Shown: piece by piece, positions 17,305-26,757 of the stretch
Numbering within the stretch: the first letter of the stretch is position 1
Layout of the letters: every line of letters begins with the position of its first letter
Origin: Candidatus Falkowbacteria bacterium
GTDB taxonomy: Bacteria; Patescibacteriota; Patescibacteriia; JAACEG01
Assembly (NCBI GenBank): GCA_018651725.1
Contig: JABIDK010000005.1
Coordinates: forward strand, 64,064 to 128,063
Direction of reading: 5' to 3'
Length of the DNA stretch: 64,000 nucleotides
The notes under the pieces: model-generated
What the model saw: the letters and a program-made list of their open reading frames with translations, nothing else
What the model was told of the DNA's origin: nothing
The model's database searches: none
Position numbers and translations under genes: made by a program

Positions 17305-18720
17305 TTATCTTTCGTAGATGTCATCGTACCTTATAATGTCATCTTCTTCTAGATAATTTCCGGTTTGGACCTCTATTATCTCCAGGTTTATTTTGCCGGG
17401 ATTTTCCAGGCGATGCCTAGTTTTAGTCGGGATGAAGGTGCTTTCTCTTTCGTCTAGAATAATTTCTCTATCGTTATTTACAATTTTAGCTACTCCTTTT
17501 ATAACTATCCAATGCTCAGCTCGATGAAGATGTGATTGTAAACTTAATTTTTCCCCGGGATAAACAGTTATTTTTTTTACTTTATGATTAAGGTTTTCAA
17601 TTAGGATTTCGTACTTCCCCCAAGGGCGGTAGTTAATTAAAACATGATCAATTTCTTTAATATTTTGTTTTTGCATTTGTTCCACTATTTTTTTCACTTT
17701 TTCACTTCTGCCTTTTTTGTAAATTAAGATACTGTCATTATTTTCTACTATTCCTAAATCTTCTACGCCGATTGTTGTTACTAAACGATTATTAGTCGAT
17801 AGAACAGATATATTTTTAGAGTCAATATTTATTTGATTCGGCTTATAATTTTTATTTTTAGACAAAATTTCCATTAAACTGTCAAAAGATCCAATATCGT
17901 TCCAACCAAAGTCCCCTTCAAAAACTATTATTTTATTTGATTTTTCCGAGATAGCATGATCAAAAGATATACTTGGCAAGTTTTTGAACTCATTTAAAAA
18001 AGTTTCAAAATTCTTGGAGAGTAAAGAGTATAACTCCGGAGCGTGTTTATTAAGTTCGTTGACAAAAGTTTTTATTTTAAACAAATATATTCCAGAGTTC
18101 CAAAGATATTCCCTTGACTCTAAATATTTTTTAGCTGTTAGCTTGTCGGGTTTTTCTTTAAATTCTGAGACATTGTAAAAAATATTTTGATTTTCTCCTT
18201 TTTTAATATAACCAAAACCGGTATGCGGTTTAAGAACGGTAATTCCAACTGTCCCAATATTGTCTCCTATATTTTTTTCTGCTTCAAGAAGCAGGTTCTT
18301 ATATTTTTCTTCATCTTCTATATAATGATCAGCCGGTAGAACGGTGACAATTTCTTCGGGGTCAACTTTTATTGTTTCAACCAAATATTTCACAGCCAAT
18401 GTAACGGCCGGAGCAGTATTTAGATTTGTAGACTCAATTATTATTTGTTTTTTGTCAAAGTCTTTGTCTAACTCTTGCAGTTGATTGTAAACATTAAAAA
18501 AATTATCTTTATTGGTTATGAAAAAGATTTTTTCAGTGGGGGTTGTTTTTTGAGCGCGGAGGAATGTTCCCTGAAGCAGAGAATGATTGTTGAAAAGATT
18601 TAAGAATTGTTTAGGAAAATTTTTCCGAGAAAGAGGCCAGAGCCGAGTCCCGGAGCCCCCGCATAAAATTAGGCTATACATAGAATAAAAAAAACAAGAA
18701 AACAAAAAAACAATTGACAA
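17305..18720 (-). CDS. manC: Mannose-1-phosphate guanylyltransferase / mannose-6-phosphate isomerase (ManC/CpsB type)
   Basis: N-terminal LCGGSGTRLWPLSR nucleotidyltransferase motif. C-terminal cupin segment with HRAEHWIVIKG. The true start is probably the internal Met (MYSLILCGG) at 18681. Confidence 0.8.
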   Translation of the reverse strand: MSIVFLFSCFFYSMYSLILCGGSGTRLWPLSRKNFPKQFLNLFNNHSLLQGTFLRAQKTTPTEKIFFITNKDNFFNVYNQLQELDKDFDKKQIIIESTNLNTAPAVTLAVKYLVETIKVDPEEIVTVLPADHYIEDEEKYKNLLLEAEKNIGDNIGTVGITVLKPHTGFGYIKKGENQNIFYNVSEFKEKPDKLTAKKYLESREYLWNSGIYLFKIKTFVNELNKHAPELYSLLSKNFETFLNEFKNLPSISFDHAISEKSNKIIVFEGDFGWNDIGSFDSLMEILSKNKNYKPNQINIDSKNISVLSTNNRLVTTIGVEDLGIVENNDSILIYKKGRSEKVKKIVEQMQKQNIKEIDHVLINYRPWGKYEILIENLNHKVKKITVYPGEKLSLQSHLHRAEHWIVIKGVAKIVNNDREIILDERESTFIPTKTRHRLENPGKINLEIIEVQTGNYLEEDDIIRYDDIYER

Positions 18721-18860
18721 TAAAATCCATTTAGGATTTTAAAGTTATTATAATATCATAGCAATTATCTTTGTTTAGTCAATGGAAAAAAGGAAGCCCT
18801 TGATTTTTTGGGTTTTAGAGGGTATTATAGTTACATAATTTATTTATTAATTTTATTTTT

Positions 18861-19940
18861 ATGAAAGAACAAATTTTTGGTTTAATTCCGGGTGGAGACA
18901 GCGCTTTGATGCAGTCTGAGTTTTTTAATAATACTTTGGCTGATTATCTTGGGGCGATTATTGCTTTTGTCTTGTTTTTAGTTGTTTTTAAGATTTTTCA
19001 AAGCATTATTTTGTACAAGTTAAATAAGTTTGCCGAGAAAACAAAGACAGACATTGACGATGCTTTTATTAAAATTATTAAAAGCTTAAAACCGCCTTTT
19101 TATTCTTTTTTAGCTTTTTATTTAGCTTTGAAATTTTTGATTGTTCAGGATTTAGCTGAGAAAATATTTGGAATCATGCTTATTGCCTGGGCAATTTATC
19201 AGGCAATAATTGCAGTCCAGATTTTGATTGACTATGTTTTGCAAAAAACCTTAAAAGACAAGGAAGACGCTCACTCTCAGTCAGCCATTCGACTAATGGG
19301 AAATATTACTAAAGCGATTTTATGGCTGATTGGAATTTTATTGTTTTTATCTAACCTTGGAATAAACGTGACATCGCTTATCGCCGGACTTGGTGTCGGT
19401 GGTATTGCCATTGCCCTTGCTCTTCAAAATGTTCTGGGAGATTTGTTCAGTTCTTTCGCGATTTATATTGACAGGCCTTTTGCTGTTGGAGATTTTATTA
19501 CTATCGGGCAAGACTCAGGTACAGTTTTAAAAGTGGGGATTAAAACTACCAGGATTAAAACTTTACGCGGAGAAGAGTTAGTGGTTTCCAATCAAGAGCT
19601 AACTTCAACCAGAGTACAAAACTTCAAAGAAATGAAAGACAGAAGAGTTGTTTTCCCTTTGGGAGTTACCTATAATACTTCAACAGAAAAAGTAAAAAAG
19701 ATTCCAAGCATGGTTCAAAAAATAATTGAAACTGAAAAACTAGCTAGATTTGATCGTGGATTTTTCAAAGAATTTGCAGACTCTGCCTTAATATTTGAGT
19801 TTGTTTATTATGTTGACTCCGGCGAGTACCTAGATTACGCCAATGTCAACCAAGAAATATTTTTCAAAATAAAAGAAGCCTTTGAAAAAGAAAAAATAGA
19901 GTTCGCCTATCCAACTCAAACAGTTTATTTGGAGAAATAA
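18861..19940 (+). CDS. mscS: Small-conductance mechanosensitive channel (MscS family)
   Basis: TM helices followed by the conserved MscS core NVLGDLFSSFAIYIDRPFAVGDFITIG..GTVLKVGIKTTRIKTLRGEELVVSN. Confidence 0.8.
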   Translation: MKEQIFGLIPGGDSALMQSEFFNNTLADYLGAIIAFVLFLVVFKIFQSIILYKLNKFAEKTKTDIDDAFIKIIKSLKPPFYSFLAFYLALKFLIVQDLAEKIFGIMLIAWAIYQAIIAVQILIDYVLQKTLKDKEDAHSQSAIRLMGNITKAILWLIGILLFLSNLGINVTSLIAGLGVGGIAIALALQNVLGDLFSSFAIYIDRPFAVGDFITIGQDSGTVLKVGIKTTRIKTLRGEELVVSNQELTSTRVQNFKEMKDRRVVFPLGVTYNTSTEKVKKIPSMVQKIIETEKLARFDRGFFKEFADSALIFEFVYYVDSGEYLDYANVNQEIFFKIKEAFEKEKIEFAYPTQTVYLEK

Positions 19941-19958
19941 GCAATAATTAAAAATAAC

Positions 19959-19992
19959 ACCGCTTAATATATTTTTAAGCGGTTTTATTTTT
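19959..19992 (+). terminator. Rho-independent terminator after mscS
   Basis: ACCGCTTAA-tatattt-TTAAGCGGT followed by TTTTATTTTT. Confidence 0.6.
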
Positions 19993-20050
19993 GCCAAATT
20001 TGTTTGGCGTGTTATACTTCAGTCATATAAATGTATAAGTATTTTTAAAT

Positions 20051-23000
20051 ATGAAATTTACTCACTTACATACTCATAGCCACTACAGTCTTTTGGATGG
20101 GCTTGTTAAGATCGATGATTTGATTGAGAAGACTAAGGAATATAATATGGACTCGGTTGCTTTGACCGATCATGGGGTTATGTATGGGGCGATTGAGTTT
20201 TATCAGAAGGCCTTAAAAGCTGGAGTAAAACCGATTGTTGGGGTGGAGGCGTATTTGGCAGCTGGTTCAAGATTTGAAAAAACAAGACAAGGGCGTTATC
20301 ATTTGGTTTTATTGGCAAAAAATAAAACAGGTTATGGTAACTTACTTAAGCTTACAAGCTTGGCTCATTTGGAGGGATATTATTATAAGCCTCGGATTGA
20401 TTGGGAGATTTTAGAAAAATACAGTGAGGGATTAGTGGCTTTGTCAGCTTGTATTCAGGGTGAAGTTCCACGAGCTTTTTTAACAAGCGGGCACGATAAA
20501 GCCAAAGAAATAACTAAAAAATATTTAAAGTTGTTTGGCCATGATTTTTATTTAGAGGTGCAAAAACATAATAATGTTGAGGGTCAGGACAAAGCCAATC
20601 AAGGATTAATTCAAATCGGAAAAGAACTTGGAATTCCGATTGTGGCAACCAACGATGCTCATTATCTTGATGTGGAAGATGAGGAGGCTCAAGATGTGCT
20701 TTTATGCTTGCAAACTAAAAAGAAACAAAAAGACACTGATCGAATGAATATGATTGGGATGGACAACTCTTTTAAAAGCACTGAGAAAATGAAAGAGTCT
20801 TTTTATGACTTTAAAGAAGCTGTGAGTAATACCGAAGAAGTAGTCAAAAAATGTAATTTGGAGATAGAACTAGGAAAAATTACATTGCCTAAATTTGAAG
20901 TACCCAAAGAAAAAACAGACAGTGAATATTTAAGAGATCTTTGTAACGAGGGTGCAAAAAAAAGATACCCGGAATATTTTAAGGAAGATGGAGAAAAATT
21001 TGACGATCCCGATAACTTTAAAAAACAAGTTTTAGATAGACTTGATTTTGAGTTTAATGTAATCGATAAAATGGGCTTTGCTTCATATTTTTTGATTGTA
21101 GGTGATTTTGTTAATTGGGCTAAGGAGCAAAAAATTGTAGTTGGGCCGGGAAGAGGATCTGCTGCTGGGAGTTTAGTCGCTTATCTTTTGAGTATTACTA
21201 ACGTTGATCCGTTAAAATACGATTTGATGTTTGAACGATTTTTAAATCCGGATAGAATTTCCATGCCTGATATTGATTTGGACTTTGCCGATACTAGGCG
21301 CGATGAAGTGATTCGTTATGTAGAGAAAAAGTATGGTCGAGACAAAGTAGCGCAAATTATTACTTTCGGAACAATGGCGGCACGGGCAGCAATCCGCGAT
21401 GCTGGTCGGGTGTTGGACTTTGAATATGATTACTGCGACAAGCTCGCCAAGATGATTCCAATGTTCACACCACTTCAAAAAGCTATCGATGAAGTAGGTG
21501 AGTTAAATGCGATTTATAACAATGAAGTCCAGGCTAAGAAAATTTTAGACACAGCTTTAAAGTTGGAGGGAGTAGCCCGCCATGCTTCAACTCATGCCTG
21601 TGCTGTTTTGATCACTAAAGACCCGCTAGACAAAAGTGTCCCGCTTCAATACGCCTCTTCCGGGGACAAAACAATTGTTTCTCAATTTTCAATGAAGCCG
21701 GTTGAAGAGTTGGGACTCCTTAAAATGGATTTTTTAGGACTTCGTAATTTAACGATTATTGAAAACGCTCTTCGGATTATTAAAGGTCTTCGTGACATTG
21801 AAATTAATATCGATAACATTCCGCTTGACGATCAAAAAACTTACGAATTATTTTCCAAGGGCGATACAACAGGTGTATTTCAATTTGAAAGTTCGGGTAT
21901 GAGACGTTATTTGAAACTTTTGCAACCTAGTGTTTTTGAGGACATTATTGCGATGGTGGCGCTTTATCGACCAGGGCCTTTGAACTCCGGGATGATTGAT
22001 GAGTTTATTGACAGAAAACATGGACGCAAGCAGATTGTTTTTAAGCATCAAATTATGGAGAATGCTCTTAAAAATTCTTATGGAGTGATTGTCTATCAAG
22101 AGCAGGTGATGCAACTTTCCAAAGATATGGCTGGCTTTACGGGTGGGCAAGCTGACACGCTTCGAAAAGCAATGGGTAAAAAAATTGCGGCTTTAATGGC
22201 GAAAATGAAAAGTGAATTTATAGAAGGATGTGTAAAAAAAGGTTTGGAAGAAAATTTGGCAAGAGATACATTTCGTGATATGGAAAAATTTGCTGAGTAC
22301 GGATTTAACAGAAGTCATGCTGCTTGCTATGGGTTGATCGGTTATCAAACAGCTTATCTAAAAGCAAATTACCCGGTAGAGTTTATGGCGGCGCTTTTAA
22401 CTGCCAACGAGGGCGATGTTGATAAAGTGGCGATTGATGTGGCTGAATGCCAAAAAATTGGGATAGAAGTTTTACCTCCGGATATTAATGAAAGCTTCGA
22501 ACATTTTACAGTTGTACCGTTAAAAGAAGGGGATGATAAAAAGTTTGGGCAAATTCGCTTTGGACTTTTAACAGTTAAAAATGTTGGAGAAAATATTGTT
22601 ACAGAGATAATTAAAGAAAGAAAAAAGAATGGTAAGTTTTTGAATCTAGGGGATTTTATTTCCAGGATAAAAAGTAAGGATTTTAATAAAAAATCTTTGG
22701 AAAGTTTAATGAAGTGCGGAGCCTTGGATAATATCGGAGACAGAAGTAAACTACTTTTTAACTTGGAAAAGATTTTGGTATTTATCCGTTCCCTCAGAGA
22801 CCAAGAAAAAAGTAAACAAGGTAATTTACTGGGAATGTTATCTGATGATTATAAGCCAACTTTGGAATTAGATGAAATTGAAGAAGGAAAAGAAATTAGC
22901 AAAAAAGAAAAACTAAGCTGGGAAAAAGAATTACTTGGTCTTTATGTTAGTGATCATCCTTTTACAAAATTTCAAGCTGATCTCGCGGATAAAACCGTAT

Positions 23001-23605
23001 CTCTTTTAGAGGCAAACAAGGAAACAGAAAATTTTAAGGAAAAGCAAATTATTATCGCCGGCATTATCTCTAAGATTAAAAAAATAACCACTAAAAAAGG
23101 AGACGCCATGATGTTTGTAACTATTGAAGACACCGCCAGTAATTTAGAGATTTTGGTTTTTCCTAGATTACTTGAAGAAACTAAAGATTTGTGGGAAGAA
23201 GAAAAAATGCTTATCGTAAAAGGAAAATTATCAGACAAGGACGGGGTGCCAAAGTTACTGGCCGAGTCTGTTAAAGAATTAGTTCCAAGTAGAATAGATG
23301 AAACTATATCTGTTTTAAATCAAGCAAGGGATAATAAATCTTATTATAAGAAAAAACAAGAGAATAATAATAATTTTCAAACAAACAATAACAGTAGATT
23401 TATAGATATAAAAATGCCAAAAATAATCAGTAAAGAAAAGCTTGTAAAGTTAAAAGAATTTTTTAGTAAATATTCAGGAGAAACAAAAGTAAGATTTATA
23501 ATTGAAAACGGAGTTGGAGCAAAGATAATTAACACTTCTTTTAATGTTCCGAGTAGTAATCTTGAGGAGATAAAAAGTAAAGTGGATTCTATTATTTTAA
23601 ATTAA
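20051..23605 (+). CDS. dnaE: DNA polymerase III alpha subunit (DnaE)
   Basis: PHP domain start HLHTHSHYSLLDG. Polymerase core motifs (GPGRGSAAGSLVAYLL, DIDLDF) and a C-terminal OB-fold region. 1184 aa. Confidence 0.9.
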   Translation: MKFTHLHTHSHYSLLDGLVKIDDLIEKTKEYNMDSVALTDHGVMYGAIEFYQKALKAGVKPIVGVEAYLAAGSRFEKTRQGRYHLVLLAKNKTGYGNLLKLTSLAHLEGYYYKPRIDWEILEKYSEGLVALSACIQGEVPRAFLTSGHDKAKEITKKYLKLFGHDFYLEVQKHNNVEGQDKANQGLIQIGKELGIPIVATNDAHYLDVEDEEAQDVLLCLQTKKKQKDTDRMNMIGMDNSFKSTEKMKESFYDFKEAVSNTEEVVKKCNLEIELGKITLPKFEVPKEKTDSEYLRDLCNEGAKKRYPEYFKEDGEKFDDPDNFKKQVLDRLDFEFNVIDKMGFASYFLIVGDFVNWAKEQKIVVGPGRGSAAGSLVAYLLSITNVDPLKYDLMFERFLNPDRISMPDIDLDFADTRRDEVIRYVEKKYGRDKVAQIITFGTMAARAAIRDAGRVLDFEYDYCDKLAKMIPMFTPLQKAIDEVGELNAIYNNEVQAKKILDTALKLEGVARHASTHACAVLITKDPLDKSVPLQYASSGDKTIVSQFSMKPVEELGLLKMDFLGLRNLTIIENALRIIKGLRDIEINIDNIPLDDQKTYELFSKGDTTGVFQFESSGMRRYLKLLQPSVFEDIIAMVALYRPGPLNSGMIDEFIDRKHGRKQIVFKHQIMENALKNSYGVIVYQEQVMQLSKDMAGFTGGQADTLRKAMGKKIAALMAKMKSEFIEGCVKKGLEENLARDTFRDMEKFAEYGFNRSHAACYGLIGYQTAYLKANYPVEFMAALLTANEGDVDKVAIDVAECQKIGIEVLPPDINESFEHFTVVPLKEGDDKKFGQIRFGLLTVKNVGENIVTEIIKERKKNGKFLNLGDFISRIKSKDFNKKSLESLMKCGALDNIGDRSKLLFNLEKILVFIRSLRDQEKSKQGNLLGMLSDDYKPTLELDEIEEGKEISKKEKLSWEKELLGLYVSDHPFTKFQADLADKTVSLLEANKETENFKEKQIIIAGIISKIKKITTKKGDAMMFVTIEDTASNLEILVFPRLLEETKDLWEEEKMLIVKGKLSDKDGVPKLLAESVKELVPSRIDETISVLNQARDNKSYYKKKQENNNNFQTNNNSRFIDIKMPKIISKEKLVKLKEFFSKYSGETKVRFIIENGVGAKIINTSFNVPSSNLEEIKSKVDSIILN

Positions 23606-23620
23606 AATTTAGTAAATAAA

Positions 23621-23654
23621 AAAGAAACCTCTTTAGATGGTTTCTTTTTTATTT
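23621..23654. terminator. Bidirectional rho-independent terminator
   Basis: AAAGAAACC-tctttagat-GGTTTCTTT followed by TTTTATTT. Confidence 0.6.
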
Positions 23655-23659
23655 ACGTT

Positions 23660-24034
23660 CTACACTTGCCAAAGTCCGTGAATATTACAATAACTTCGTA
23701 CCTGAATATTTTTTCCTTTAACTTTAAATTCGGCTTTTGGATTATCGTTGGATTTTAGATATTGACGGTGAATTTTCCCGTCTTCAATTACTTCTATCCA
23801 TTCAATATAGTGAGTTTCTTCCATTGGATGAGAAACTTCACCAACTTTTATAAGCACTTTGTTTTCAATTTTTTCAATTACTGGCAAATGTTTTTCTTGG
23901 CCCTCGTCACTTTCTTTCTCTTCTTGAAGTTTCATTGGTTGGCCGCAGCAAACCAGTTCTCCGGCGCCGGTATGTAAAACTTCCACAATATTTCCGCAAA
24001 TTTCACATTTATAAACTTGATTTAGTTTAGTCAT
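23660..24034 (-). CDS. dfx: Desulfoferrodoxin (2Fe superoxide reductase)
   Basis: N-terminal desulforedoxin-like CEICGN...CCGQPM. SOR domain with EKHLPVIE and [14 protein letters not shown]. Confidence 0.8.
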   Translation of the reverse strand: MTKLNQVYKCEICGNIVEVLHTGAGELVCCGQPMKLQEEKESDEGQEKHLPVIEKIENKVLIKVGEVSHPMEETHYIEWIEVIEDGKIHRQYLKSNDNPKAEFKVKGKNIQVRSYCNIHGLWQV

Positions 24035-24036
24035 AG

Positions 24037-24624
24037 TTAAAAAGTTTCACATTTAATTTGGAAGTAGGCTTGAGGATGGTTACAGGCCGGACATTTTTCC
24101 GGAGCGTTTGATCCTGAGTGTTCGTACCCGCATTTTCTGCAGACCCATTTTACTTCATCTTCTTTTTTAAAGATAGAGTTATTTTCCAGTTCTTGTAAAA
24201 GTTTTTTATATCTTTCTTCGTGATGAGCCTCAGCTTTGGCAATTGCCATTAACCTACCAGCGATTTCAGGCAGATCTTCTTCTCTAGCGGTTTCGGCAAA
24301 TTCCGGATACATTGTAGTGAATTCATAGTTCTCTCCTCCGATCGATGCTTTTAAATTTTCAGCTGTTGTTCCAAGTGCTGTTGGTGCTCCGGCATCTATT
24401 TTAATTTCATCGTATTTGCCTTCTTCACTTTTTTTCTTTAAATCTTGAATCATCATAAAGAGCCATTTAGCATGCTCTCTTTCTTGATCGGCTGTTTTAG
24501 TGAAGATTTCTGAGATTTGTTCGTAGCCTTCTTTTTTAGCTACTTTGGCATACATTGTATACCGGTTCCTAGCTTGAGATTCGCCAACAAAGGCTTTACT
24601 CAAATTTTCAATAGTTTTTTCCAT
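24037..24624 (-). CDS. rbr: Rubrerythrin
   Basis: Ferritin-like diiron domain ([18 protein letters not shown] ... EREHAKW ... EAHHEERY) plus C-terminal rubredoxin-like CRKCGY...CPACNHP. The track ORF extends to 24672 with a hydrophobic N-extension. The internal Met (MEKTIENL) fits rubrerythrin N-termini better. Confidence 0.8.
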   Translation of the reverse strand: MEKTIENLSKAFVGESQARNRYTMYAKVAKKEGYEQISEIFTKTADQEREHAKWLFMMIQDLKKKSEEGKYDEIKIDAGAPTALGTTAENLKASIGGENYEFTTMYPEFAETAREEDLPEIAGRLMAIAKAEAHHEERYKKLLQELENNSIFKKEDEVKWVCRKCGYEHSGSNAPEKCPACNHPQAYFQIKCETF

Positions 24625-24804
24625 AAAATGTGTAATTATTAAAATAGCAAAAATAACTAAATTATTAATCACTATTTAATTAATTACAGGGTTATTTATT
24701 TTTTCTTAGTTTTACAACCACCACATTTTTTCTTTTTTGGAGTTGTGGTTTTTGGGGCTGTTTTTTTCTTACAAGCCATAGAGTTAACTTTATAGAGTTA
24801 GTTA

Positions 24805-24880
24805 TGGAGCGGGTAGGGGGAATCGAACCCCCATCTTCGGCTTGGAAGGCCGACATAATAAGCCGTTATACTATACCCGC
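24805..24880 (-). tRNA. tRNA-Gly (anticodon UCC), CCA encoded
   Basis: The reverse complement reads GCGGGTATAGTATAACGGCTTATTATGTCGGCCTTCCAAGCCGAAGATGGGGGTTCGATTCCCCCTACCCGCTCCA. The acceptor stem is 7 bp, the anticodon stem TCGGC/GCCGA with loop CTTCCAA, and the T-arm GGGGG-TTCGATT-CCCCC. It is very similar to E. coli glyT. Confidence 0.85.
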
Positions 24881-24969
24881 GGAATCATTTTTTAATTTTT
24901 AAACTGTAATTTATTTTACTACATTTTTTATAAATGTCAAACCCTTAAATTTCTAATCCAAATTTTTAT

Positions 24970-24997
24970 TTGACAAGTTTTTTTTATTTACTATAAT
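24970..24997 (+). promoter_or_regulatory. Sigma70-type promoter TTGACA-N16-TATAAT
   Basis: TTGACA at 24970-24975 and TATAAT at 24992-24997. The leader ORF ATG lies about 10 nt downstream, so the transcript is near-leaderless. Confidence 0.55.
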
Positions 24998-25006
24998 AAA
25001 ATTATT

Positions 25007-25081
25007 ATGATAAAAAATATTACAAAAGGATTTTACTTTTTTTGGTTTTATTTCTTCTCTAAGGAGACGAATCTTTTGTAA
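25007..25081 (+). CDS. Aromatic-amino-acid-rich leader peptide MIKNITKGFYFFWFYFFSKETNLL (24 aa), a putative attenuation leader for the pheA-tyrA-aminotransferase cluster
   Basis: Nine of ten consecutive codons encode Phe, Tyr or Trp. The last codons (AAG GAG ACG, 25061-25069) contain the 5' segment AAGGAGAC (25061-25068) of the antiterminator. Confidence 0.55.
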   Translation: MIKNITKGFYFFWFYFFSKETNLL

Positions 25082-25115
25082 TGTTAAAATAATTTTTCAA
25101 AAACAAAAAGATGAA

Positions 25116-25146
25116 GTCTCCTTACAACAAGGAGATTTTTTTATTT
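25116..25146 (+). terminator. Attenuator terminator hairpin GTCTCCTT-acaac-AAGGAGA plus T7. The alternative antiterminator is AAGGAGAC (25061-25068) pairing with GTCTCCTT (25116-25123).
   Basis: The two structures share the GTCTCCTT segment and are mutually exclusive. The U-tract is TTTTTTTATTT. Confidence 0.55.
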
Positions 25147-25189
25147 CGAACCTTTTATTAACAAACAACCCAACAAACAGGAGGGAAAA

Positions 25190-25363
25190 ATGGCAGAGAT
25201 TACAGTTATAGACTGGTGCAGAAAAAGAGCAGAAGACAACAGAAAAATGTGCAATAAGCAAGTAGTAATTAAGGGCAGTAATCAGAAGAAACAAAAAGAA
25301 GAAGTCGATGAGACTATCATTGACGAAGGAATGTTACCACCGCCACGACCGATTGGTTGGTAA
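25190..25363 (+). CDS. Small protein (57 aa), MAEITVIDWCRKRAEDNRKMC...MLPPPRPIGW, absent from the ORF track
   Basis: Strong SD AGGAGGG 7 nt upstream. It is followed by a terminator. It overlaps the antisense track ORF 25097-25294, which has no RBS. Confidence 0.4.
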   Translation: MAEITVIDWCRKRAEDNRKMCNKQVVIKGSNQKKQKEEVDETIIDEGMLPPPRPIGW

Positions 25364-25378
25364 TCAGTCGGTAGCATT

Positions 25379-25421
25379 GGGAAGGGTGAATTTATTTTTT
25401 TCACCCTTCCTACTTATTTTT
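25379..25421 (+). terminator. Rho-independent terminator-like hairpin
   Basis: GGGAAGGGTGAA-tttattttt-TTCACCCTTCC followed by TACTTATTTTTC, an interrupted U-tract. Confidence 0.5.
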
Positions 25422-25448
25422 CTAAAAAAATTATTTTAAATAAAAATT

Positions 25449-26018
25449 ATGAATCAAAAACAAAAAATTGGAATATCCGGTAATGTTGGTAGCTTTTCAG
25501 AAGAAGCTGCTAATTATTATTGTCACAAAAATAAAATTAAAGATTATGAACTTATTTATCTGGTAACAGTAGAAGATACACTTTCTTCTGTAGTTGCTAA
25601 TAAAGTTGACAAAGGAATTTTTCCTATTGAAAATTCAAATGGTGGTATAGTATATGAATCAGTTTACGCTATGGCGAAATATACTTTTAATATTGAAAAA
25701 ATGTTTGAAATAGATGTTCGTCATTGTCTTTTAACTTTACCAAATAAAAAGGTTGGTGATATTAAAAAAATTGCTTCACATGCTCAAGCCTTAAAGCAAT
25801 GCAAAATGTATTTAAAAAGAAAATGGCCTAACACAGAGTTAATTGAATGGTCAGATACAGCTCAAGCAGCCAATGATTTAAATAAAGGAAAATTGGACGA
25901 AAGCACAGCCGTAATTGCGCCTGTCGGCTGTGCTAAATTATATAATTTAGATATTTTAGAAGAAGGAATACAAGACTTAAAATTTAACTTTACAAGTTTT
26001 ATAACCGCAGTTGAATAA
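25449..26018 (+). CDS. pheA: Prephenate dehydratase (PDT domain only, no ACT domain)
   Basis: IGISGNVGSFSEEAA...FPIENSNGGIVYES...ASHAQALKQCKMYL...TAQAANDL..AVIAPVGCAKLYNLDILEEGIQD matches the PDT catalytic domain pattern. Confidence 0.75.
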   Translation: MNQKQKIGISGNVGSFSEEAANYYCHKNKIKDYELIYLVTVEDTLSSVVANKVDKGIFPIENSNGGIVYESVYAMAKYTFNIEKMFEIDVRHCLLTLPNKKVGDIKKIASHAQALKQCKMYLKRKWPNTELIEWSDTAQAANDLNKGKLDESTAVIAPVGCAKLYNLDILEEGIQDLKFNFTSFITAVE

Positions 26019-26020
26019 CT

Positions 26021-26743
26021 ATGTTAAAACAAAAAATAGCTATAATTGGATTTGGGAGATTCGGCAGTTTACTTGCTGGAATTTTATCGCCGTACGGAGA
26101 TATTTTTATTATTAGCAAAAGAAAAATTAACGATACCAGATTTAAACAAATTGAATATAAAGATTTAAAAGAAATTGATTTAATAATTTTAGCTGTGCCT
26201 ATTTCATCTCTTAAAAAGGTGCTGAAAAAAATAAGTCCTTATTTAAAACAGGGGTCTGTTGTGATGGATGTCTGTTCGGTCAAAGTTTATCCGTGTCAGT
26301 GGCTTAAAAAATATTTGCCAAAAACAGTTCATATCTTAGGTTCTCACCCTATGTTTGGGCCGGACAGTGTAAAGAAAAATTTAGAAGAACTACAAATTGT
26401 ATTTTGTCCTTTGCGAATTAATAAAGAAAAATTTGATAGCATAAAAAATATTTTTAAAACAATAAAACTTAAAATCATTGAAATTACTCCGGAAGATCAC
26501 GACAAGCAAAACGCAGTTAGTTTAGCTTTAGTGCATTTTATCGGGCGAGGCTTAAGTAAGATAGACGTTGATCATCAGGAAATTACAACTGTTGGGTTTA
26601 AAAGGTTGTTACAGCTTCGCGATAATGTTACCAATGATACTGAGGAGTTATTTAAAGATATGCACAACTTTAATCCTTACGCAAAAAAGATCAGAGAAAA
26701 ATATATAGACTCTTTACAAAAAATAGATTTAATGCTAGATTAA
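26021..26743 (+). CDS. tyrA: Prephenate/arogenate dehydrogenase (TyrA family)
   Basis: N-terminal Rossmann IAIIGFGRFGSLLA. SHPMFGP motif. 2-nt gap after pheA. Confidence 0.7.
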   Translation: MLKQKIAIIGFGRFGSLLAGILSPYGDIFIISKRKINDTRFKQIEYKDLKEIDLIILAVPISSLKKVLKKISPYLKQGSVVMDVCSVKVYPCQWLKKYLPKTVHILGSHPMFGPDSVKKNLEELQIVFCPLRINKEKFDSIKNIFKTIKLKIIEITPEDHDKQNAVSLALVHFIGRGLSKIDVDHQEITTVGFKRLLQLRDNVTNDTEELFKDMHNFNPYAKKIREKYIDSLQKIDLMLD

Positions 26744-26757
26744 AATGAACAAAAAAA

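Noticed and set aside
20051-23605. Inteins or split architecture in dnaE, and introns in housekeeping genes
   Set aside because: DnaE reads as one continuous frame with all motifs in order and no inserted HNH/LAGLIDADG-like block. No group I or II intron signatures were seen in tRNA-Gly or the protein genes.
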